64,000 bases of DNA from Nitrososphaeria archaeon (GTDB lineage: Archaea; Thermoproteota; Nitrososphaeria; Geothermarchaeales; JDFR-13): the NCBI GenBank assembly GCA_027078545.1, contig JALWXN010000004.1, forward strand, positions 1,078,611 to 1,142,610, given 5' to 3'. The position numbers and the translations under genes were made by a program. Below, piece after piece: positions 58,314-64,000 of the stretch (positions within the stretch are counted from its first letter, which is position 1; the number at the start of each line of letters is the position of its first letter). The notes under the pieces were generated by a model, which saw only the letters and a program-made list of their open reading frames with translations, searched no databases and had not been told where the DNA came from.

Positions 58314-58378
58314 TGGGGCTCGGGTTAAAGGAATATCATCATGGACTCAGCCTGCCCATCGAGATACTCATCGCCCCA
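58314..58378 (-). ncRNA. C/D box guide sRNA
   Basis: Minus strand: UGGGGC stem, GCGAUGA (C), 17-nt guide, CUGA (D'), GUCC, AUGAUGA (C'), UAUUCCUUUAAC, CCGA (D), GCCCCA stem. Confidence 0.75.
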
Positions 58379-58420
58379 GACATGGTATTCCACAGAGCCA
58401 TGTAAAAACCTTTACACCGG

Positions 58421-58491
58421 ATGGGGGCTCAGGTGAGAGGTGGGTCATCAACAGGCCTCAGAGAGGCGTCTACAGCCATCATAGCCCCCAT
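58421..58491 (-). ncRNA. C/D box guide sRNA
   Basis: Minus strand: AUGGGGGC stem, AUGAUGG (C), CUGUAGACGCCUCU, CUGA (D'), GGCCUG, UUGAUGA (C'), CCCACCUCUCAC, CUGA (D), GCCCCCAU stem. Confidence 0.8.
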
Positions 58492-58551
58492 TCAAAAAGG
58501 GATGTGAACCCGACAAGTTAAGGGTTTACAGTGGTGTAAAGAGGGTTTACA

Positions 58552-59457
58552 TCACCTATAGAGGACACACCTCACCAGCCTATCCCCAGAGCGGTAGAGA
58601 GGAATATCAGCCTCACACTCGCCACTAGCGTGGGGACACTCAGGGATATAGGGGCAGCGCCCCCAGTCATAGAGCTTGGGGAGCCCCTCAGAGACATAGA
58701 TAGCGTCCACCACATCAGTGGTATCATCACCTCCAAGCTCCCTCTCCACATAGGGGTGGAGAGGCTTCACACCCAGGTCGGATCCCCCGGACTCCACTAT
58801 CCTCCCCCTATACAGGACGTGCTTCCTATCACCCAGCTCCCTGAAGAGGTGTGGATCACTAGTCGTGTATAGGATGCCTATGCCATACTCACCAGCCAAT
58901 AGGCGTATAAGCCTAGCCACAACACCCCTGAGTGGGTAGTGGATAAGCCCAGTAGGATTCTCGAGAAGCATGTAGGAGGGGCTAGCCATCAACCCGCTAG
59001 AGACATAGATCACATATAGCTGGTGGAGAGGAATACTATAGACACGCCTATCCAACACCTCCTCAGATATCCCCAGCTCCCCCCACAGCCTAGACAGGAC
59101 TCCCAATCCATCCCTAGCCCCAAACTCCCCGGCGAGCCACTCGAGATAGGACCTGACAGTCATGCCTGCAGGTACGCTACGCGAGACATCCATGAAGTAG
59201 GTCTGGACACGCCTCCTAAGCCTATTAAGACCCCTCTTATCCCCATAGTCAATCCTCTCCCCATCTACGAGAACCTCCCCCGACGACGGCTCGACCAGGC
59301 CGGTTATACTCCTTATGAGGTAGTACTTACCGCTATGCCTATCCCCATATACAGCTACAACCTCACCCCTATCTACCGAGAGGTCTATAGAGTCGAGTAT
59401 CCTGACACTCGTCTCCTTATACCTGTAGACTAGGCTAAGCCCACGGATCTCCAGCAT
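58552..59457 (-). CDS. Degenerate oligopeptide-type ABC ATPase homolog
   Basis: GDRHSGKY, LLENP, YTTSD, HPY and C-terminal CPY..EC....EC...VRC. Confidence 0.7.
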   Translation of the reverse strand: MLEIRGLSLVYRYKETSVRILDSIDLSVDRGEVVAVYGDRHSGKYYLIRSITGLVEPSSGEVLVDGERIDYGDKRGLNRLRRRVQTYFMDVSRSVPAGMTVRSYLEWLAGEFGARDGLGVLSRLWGELGISEEVLDRRVYSIPLHQLYVIYVSSGLMASPSYMLLENPTGLIHYPLRGVVARLIRLLAGEYGIGILYTTSDPHLFRELGDRKHVLYRGRIVESGGSDLGVKPLHPYVERELGGDDTTDVVDAIYVSEGLPKLYDWGRCPYIPECPHASGECEADIPLYRSGDRLVRCVLYR

Positions 59458-59485
59458 TATCCTTCCAAGCCATATTTGTAGATGA

Positions 59486-60259
59486 CTAGCCTATTAACCC
59501 GGAGACATACTCCCTAGTCCTCTCATCCCTAGGATTGTTGAAGACCTCCTCGGCGGGGCCATACTCTATAACCCTACCCACGTTATCCTCGTCGGGCATC
59601 ACGACCAGGAGGTAGTCGGCTATCCTACGCGCCTGGCTAAGGCTATGCGTCACAATCACGACCGTCATGGAGCCCTTGAGACCAAGGAGGACATCCTCAA
59701 CCTTCCTGGTGGATCTAGGGTCTAGGTAGGAGGTGGGCTCATCCAGGAGGAGGACGTCGGGCTTGATGGCGAGGGTCCTGGCTAGGCAGAGCCTCTGCTG
59801 CTGCCCAGTGGAGAGGTTATAGGCGTCATCATCCAATCGATCCCTAACCTCATCCCAGAGAGCCGCCTGCCTAAGAGCCTCCTCCACCCTCTCCCTGATA
59901 ACCCCCTCATCATCCACGCCGTTTATCCTCAGCCCGAAGGCCACGTTCTCATATATGCTTGTGGGGAATACTACTGGCTTTTGGAAGACCATCCCTATCC
60001 TCGTCCTCAGGTAGTATACGTTGACCCTCCCGGAGTAGATATCCACCCCCCGGTAGTAGACCCTACCCTCGACCCTAGCCCCGGGTATGAGGTCGTTAAG
60101 CCTGTTCAGACTCCTCAGGAGGGAGCTCTTACCAGTGCCCGACGGCCCAATTACAGCGGTTATGCTCCCCTCATATATCTCTATGTTCACATCGTCCAGT
60201 ATCCTCCTATCCCCATAGTAGACCCTTAGGCCCTCTGTCTTGATGATGGGTGTACCCAC
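59486..60259 (-). CDS. pstB: Phosphate ABC transporter ATPase
   Basis: GPSGTGKS, GMVFQKP, LSTGQQQRLCLAR, LDEPTS. Confidence 0.93.
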   Translation of the reverse strand: MGTPIIKTEGLRVYYGDRRILDDVNIEIYEGSITAVIGPSGTGKSSLLRSLNRLNDLIPGARVEGRVYYRGVDIYSGRVNVYYLRTRIGMVFQKPVVFPTSIYENVAFGLRINGVDDEGVIRERVEEALRQAALWDEVRDRLDDDAYNLSTGQQQRLCLARTLAIKPDVLLLDEPTSYLDPRSTRKVEDVLLGLKGSMTVVIVTHSLSQARRIADYLLVVMPDEDNVGRVIEYGPAEEVFNNPRDERTREYVSGLIG

Positions 60260-60265
60260 GGCCCA

Positions 60266-61105
60266 CTACACCTCCCTAATCCTACGCCCACCCGAATATC
60301 TCATGTAGAGGGCTATGGAGGAGATCCCTATGTAGAGGAGGAGCAGGACGATTATCGCTGAGGAGGCTAGCCCTATATAGACCTCCTGGGGCCTCATAAC
60401 CCAGTTAAAGATCACGAGTGGGAGAACCGTGAACTCATCCAGAAGGCTTATAGGTATACTCCTTGTGAAGAGAACCCCGCTGATAACAAGTATGGGTGCA
60501 GCCTCCCCGATGGCTCTGGCGATAGCCAAGACGGTGCCCGTCAAGGCCCTTGGGAGAGCCATGGGTAGGACGACATGGGTAACCACCTCGAGCCGGGAGG
60601 CCCCCAGGGAGTATGTGGCCAGTCTAAGGGAGTCTGGTATGGAGCGTATAGCCTCGACCGTAGCCACAGTGACTAGGGGGAGTATCAGGAAGGCGAGTGT
60701 GACAGCTCCAGTTAATACGCTCCTACCCAGGCCGAGGCCGATACCTATCACAGCTAGCCCCACTATCCCATAGACCACGGAGGGCACCCCAGCCAGCATA
60801 TCGACGATGAAGTAGAAGACCTCCCTGACCCGCTCATCCCCGACGAACTCTGTGAGGTAGATCGATATCCCGAGGCCTAGGAGGAAGGATATGATCGTGG
60901 CCAGCCCCGTCACATATATCGAGCCTACTAGGGCAGGGAGTATACCGGTCTCCTCAGGCCTACCCGAGGGGAGGCCCAGGACAAAGTCTAGGCTCAGCCC
61001 TGGTAGCCCGTCCCAGAGAATCATTGATAGGAGGGTGAAGAGTACCAGTAGCGGCGTCACCAGGGCCATCGCCGCCAACATCCTCATCAGGGAGTCCCTA
61101 TCCAT
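60266..61105 (-). CDS. pstA: Phosphate ABC permease PstA
   Basis: GILPALVGS, LAGVPSVVYG, ARAIGEAAP. Confidence 0.92.
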   Translation of the reverse strand: MDRDSLMRMLAAMALVTPLLVLFTLLSMILWDGLPGLSLDFVLGLPSGRPEETGILPALVGSIYVTGLATIISFLLGLGISIYLTEFVGDERVREVFYFIVDMLAGVPSVVYGIVGLAVIGIGLGLGRSVLTGAVTLAFLILPLVTVATVEAIRSIPDSLRLATYSLGASRLEVVTHVVLPMALPRALTGTVLAIARAIGEAAPILVISGVLFTRSIPISLLDEFTVLPLVIFNWVMRPQEVYIGLASSAIIVLLLLYIGISSIALYMRYSGGRRIREV

Positions 61106-61108
61106 AGC

Positions 61109-62026
61109 CTACACCCGTGAGACACGCATGGAGAAGCGCCTCGATATGTAGAGGCCTATAAGGTTCATCAGCATAACCATCAGTAGGAGGTAGAGGCCAA
61201 CAGCGAAGAGGCTGTAGAACTCTATCGTGCCATAGGGTGCATCACCCATAGCTACCTGAGCAATATACCCGGTCAAGGTCTGGATAGACTCGAATATGTT
61301 TAGGGTGAGCACAGGCCTCGAGCCGGCAGCTATAGCGACGATCATGGTCTCCCCGAAGGCCCGTGCAAGTCCCAGGATATATGCAGCCACGATACCCGGG
61401 AGAGCGGCTCTCAGGACAACCCTAGTCACCACCTGATGCTTCTTGGCCCCCAGTGCATAGGCCGACAGCCTCAGGGAGTCGGGGACACTATACATAGCGT
61501 CCTCGCTGAGAGACGAGATTATAGGGGTTATCATAAGCCCCATAACCAGGCCTGCGGAGAAGGCGTTATACACCTCTATATCCGGTATCAACGCCCTGAG
61601 CATAGGGGTCACATAATTCACGGCCAGGAACCCATATACCACGGTAGGCACACCAGCCAGGAGCTCCAGCATAGGCTTGGCAACAGCCCTCACTCTCTCA
61701 CTTGAATACTCCGCCAAGTAGATCGCCGACCCAATACCCAGGACACCAGCAACGGATATGGCAACCATAGAGGTGACTATGGTCCCCCAGACGAGGGGGA
61801 GCACGCCGAAGGACTTATCCCTGAATAGCACCGTCCATCTAGTGCCGAATAGGAATTCCAGGGGATCCACCCTCGAGAAGAAGGGTATGGACTCCACTAC
61901 CAGGACCGCTATTATCGAGGCGAGGGCCAGGCCAGCCAGTATCGTCAGGCCCAATGGGACTAGCCTGAATATCCTCTCCCTCCAAACCTTCCTCTCAAAG
62001 AGCTCCTCAGATAGGCTCATCGCCAA
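61109..62026 (-). CDS. pstC: Phosphate ABC permease PstC
   Basis: FGVLPL, ELLAGVPTVVYG, RAFGETM. Confidence 0.92.
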   Translation of the reverse strand: MAMSLSEELFERKVWRERIFRLVPLGLTILAGLALASIIAVLVVESIPFFSRVDPLEFLFGTRWTVLFRDKSFGVLPLVWGTIVTSMVAISVAGVLGIGSAIYLAEYSSERVRAVAKPMLELLAGVPTVVYGFLAVNYVTPMLRALIPDIEVYNAFSAGLVMGLMITPIISSLSEDAMYSVPDSLRLSAYALGAKKHQVVTRVVLRAALPGIVAAYILGLARAFGETMIVAIAAGSRPVLTLNIFESIQTLTGYIAQVAMGDAPYGTIEFYSLFAVGLYLLLMVMLMNLIGLYISRRFSMRVSRV

Positions 62027-63062
62027 CCTCTATCGACGGCGCCCAGTACATGGCCAGCTCATATAGGCCGCGGTATATCCCCTCACGTATCATCGCCGAG
62101 GCCGCCCCATAATAGGCCTGGGGGAGAGGTGCATACCCAACCTCGAGAGCAGCCTCATAGGCATGCTCAAGATAGAAGGCGACGAACTCCTTAAGTACGG
62201 GGTCGCTATCCAGCCTGTCAAGATTCACATAGAGGTATAGGAGCCTGCTAAGGGGGTACTCGAACCTCTGAACCTTCTCCAGAGTAGGCTCTACAGGGCC
62301 GGAGCCGGCATCTATGGGGACAGCCCTAACCCTATCCATATTCTCCAGGTAGTAGGCCAGGCCGAAGTATCCAAGGCCGTAGGGGTCATTCTCCACACCC
62401 CTTAGGATGACGTTGTCATCCTCAGTAGCTATGTAGTCAGTCCTCGACACACCCGGCTCCCCGAAGAGATACTCGGTGAAGAAGTCGAAGGTACCGCTGT
62501 CTGGCCCGGGGCCATATAGGTTTATAGGCTTATCAGGCCATCCAGGCCTTATATCGCTCCACCTCTCCACCCCCGAGTCTGGAGACCATATCATGCGGAG
62601 CTCCTCCAGAGTGAGGCTGTCAACCCATGTATTACTAGGGTTGACGATCACCACCACACCGTCGATCGCTATCGGGATCTCGACATACCTAACACCATTC
62701 ATCTCAGCCTGCCTAGCCTCTACCTCCTTAATCTCCCTAGACGCGTCGTTGATATCCGTCTCACCCGTCACGAAGCGCTTGAACCCCCCACCAGTACCGG
62801 ATACACCTACGTAGACCGAGACGGATGGATACCTCTCCATGAACAGGGTAGCTATATACTCGGTTATCGGGTATACGGTGGAGGACCCGTCGATCCTAAT
62901 CACTCCAGAGAGCCTAGGGGCATCACCATCAAGACTATCCAGGGTGACACCCCCTCCACGGACAATATCGTATATCGTGGCCCCCAGGGAGAATCCTAGG
63001 AATAGGGTTGCAACCACCAGGAAGGCCATGAGCCTAGCCATACCTATCCCACTATTCATCAC
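62007..63062 (-). CDS. pstS: Phosphate-binding protein PstS
   Basis: DGSSTVYP, SGTGGGF, DASR, SGTFDFF, YPLSR. Confidence 0.93.
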   Translation of the reverse strand: MMNSGIGMARLMAFLVVATLFLGFSLGATIYDIVRGGGVTLDSLDGDAPRLSGVIRIDGSSTVYPITEYIATLFMERYPSVSVYVGVSGTGGGFKRFVTGETDINDASREIKEVEARQAEMNGVRYVEIPIAIDGVVVIVNPSNTWVDSLTLEELRMIWSPDSGVERWSDIRPGWPDKPINLYGPGPDSGTFDFFTEYLFGEPGVSRTDYIATEDDNVILRGVENDPYGLGYFGLAYYLENMDRVRAVPIDAGSGPVEPTLEKVQRFEYPLSRLLYLYVNLDRLDSDPVLKEFVAFYLEHAYEAALEVGYAPLPQAYYGAASAMIREGIYRGLYELAMYWAPSIEVGDEPI

Positions 63063-63083
63063 TAAAGGGTTTTACAGGTGGGG

Positions 63084-63137
63084 AGGGGTATATACCCCTT
63101 GAATGAATTATATAGAGGCATCTATAACCTATATAGA
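63084..63137. promoter_or_regulatory. Divergent pstS/phoU promoter with a palindrome and phased TATATA(C/G) repeats
   Basis: Perfect palindrome AGGGGTATATACCCCT (63084-63099); TATATAS at 63089, 63109 and 63130. Confidence 0.45.
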
Positions 63138-63144
63138 TAGTGAA

Positions 63145-64000
63145 ATGTCTATAGAGAAGACAGAGGTAAGAAAGATACAGCTGGTCGGTGGATCGACCTA
63201 TATAGCGTCACTCCCAAAGGAATGGGTGGAGAGGAACGGTCTTAGTAGGGGCAGCCCAATACACATGGTTGTTAGGCGTGACGAGATAGTTATCAGGCCT
63301 AGGCCCAGGAGAGAAGCCTCGAGGAGGAGCGTGATACGCCTACCAGGGGACACAGACATTAAGATGCTTGAGAGGATAGTGCTGTCCCACTACCTGGCTG
63401 GTAGCGACGTCATCTACGTCTACCTAGGGGAGAGGCAGGAGTATAGGATGGCGATCAGGAGGCTGATAAAGAAGAAGATGATAGGCTTTGAAGTCTTTGA
63501 CGAGGGTATGGACTACATAGAGCTTAGATCCTTCATAAGAGAGGGGGACATAGACCTCGGGATGGCCCTGGACAGGATGTTCAAGATAGCCAGGATAAAC
63601 ATGGGAACGGTCCCAGACATGGTTAGACGTCTAGACAGGGCGATAGCCAGAACCGTGACGGAGAACGATGACGATATGGACAGGTTCTACCTATACAGCA
63701 TAAGACTGATCAGACGTGGGGAGAGCGGGAGGGTCGGCGAGCTCGTGACGGAGGCCATGATAAGCAAGACATTGGAGAGGATCATGGACCACATAGCGAG
63801 GATAGCCTACACCGTACTGGCATACGAGGGGGAGAAGAGCGAGACATTGGAGGAGCTATCCAGCCTAGCCTACATGGCGGGGGAGATACTCAGCTACTCA
63901 GAGCACTCCTACAGGACGATGGATATAGAGAAGGCCAACGAGACCATCTCAGCCGGGAAGAGGCTGATAGCCAGGATAGAGGCCACGGCCAAGAAGCTCC
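63145..64000 (+). CDS. phoU: AbrB-PhoU phosphate uptake regulator (3'-truncated; not in the ORF track)
   Basis: Translated by hand: MSIEKTEVRKIQLVGGSTYIASLPKEWV... with later DDDMDRFY and LERIMDH; divergent from pstS. Confidence 0.88.
   Translation, partial: MSIEKTEVRKIQLVGGSTYIASLPKEWVERNGLSRGSPIHMVVRRDEIVIRPRPRREASRRSVIRLPGDTDIKMLERIVLSHYLAGSDVIYVYLGERQEYRMAIRRLIKKKMIGFEVFDEGMDYIELRSFIREGDIDLGMALDRMFKIARINMGTVPDMVRRLDRAIARTVTENDDDMDRFYLYSIRLIRRGESGRVGELVTEAMISKTLERIMDHIARIAYTVLAYEGEKSETLEELSSLAYMAGEILSYSEHSYRTMDIEKANETISAGKRLIARIEATAKKL

Noticed and set aside
58400-58552. MITE/IS481-like element bounded by imperfect TGTAAA...TTTACA inverted repeats
   Set aside because: No target-site duplication or transposase; the interior is explained by a C/D box sRNA and the repeats sit at promoter positions.
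1-64000. CRISPR arrays, tRNA/rRNA genes, transposases, integrases
   Set aside because: None seen in the intergenic regions or ORFs. Inspection was by eye, so short or intron-split RNAs could have been missed.

Overview
Gene-dense, GC-rich archaeal chromosome segment, probably a thermophilic TACK/Thermoproteota-type organism (rpl13e, nurA-herA-mre11-rad50, AbrB-PhoU regulator, thiolase-DUF35 pair, C/D box sRNAs). Main content: a double-strand-break repair operon with an extra stand-alone HAS-barrel gene, a Dpp/Opp ABC importer, a MYG1-sirtuin/LOG cluster, fatty-acid beta-oxidation genes, a type IA topoisomerase with eukaryotic Top3-like motifs, a small ABC-export cassette, a lipoate/ETF/FadF/Ntn-acylase operon, a DsrE-TusA/SQR-DUF1641 sulfur module and the pstSCAB/phoU locus. 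I found no CRISPR array, tRNA, rRNA or transposase. The most unusual observations are: (1) an in-frame fusion of a complete ubiquitin-like MoaD/SAMP domain, with its di-glycine now internal, to an intact Ogg2 8-oxoguanine glycosylase, resembling a ubiquitin-fusion precursor; (2) two clear and one weaker C/D box guide sRNAs in the intergenic DNA around an alcohol dehydrogenase-family gene; (3) an operon joining an amide acylase and ETF/FadF to a free lipoyl-carrier protein and LipA, where LipA probably starts at CTG. All family assignments come from motif recognition by eye; no searches were run.
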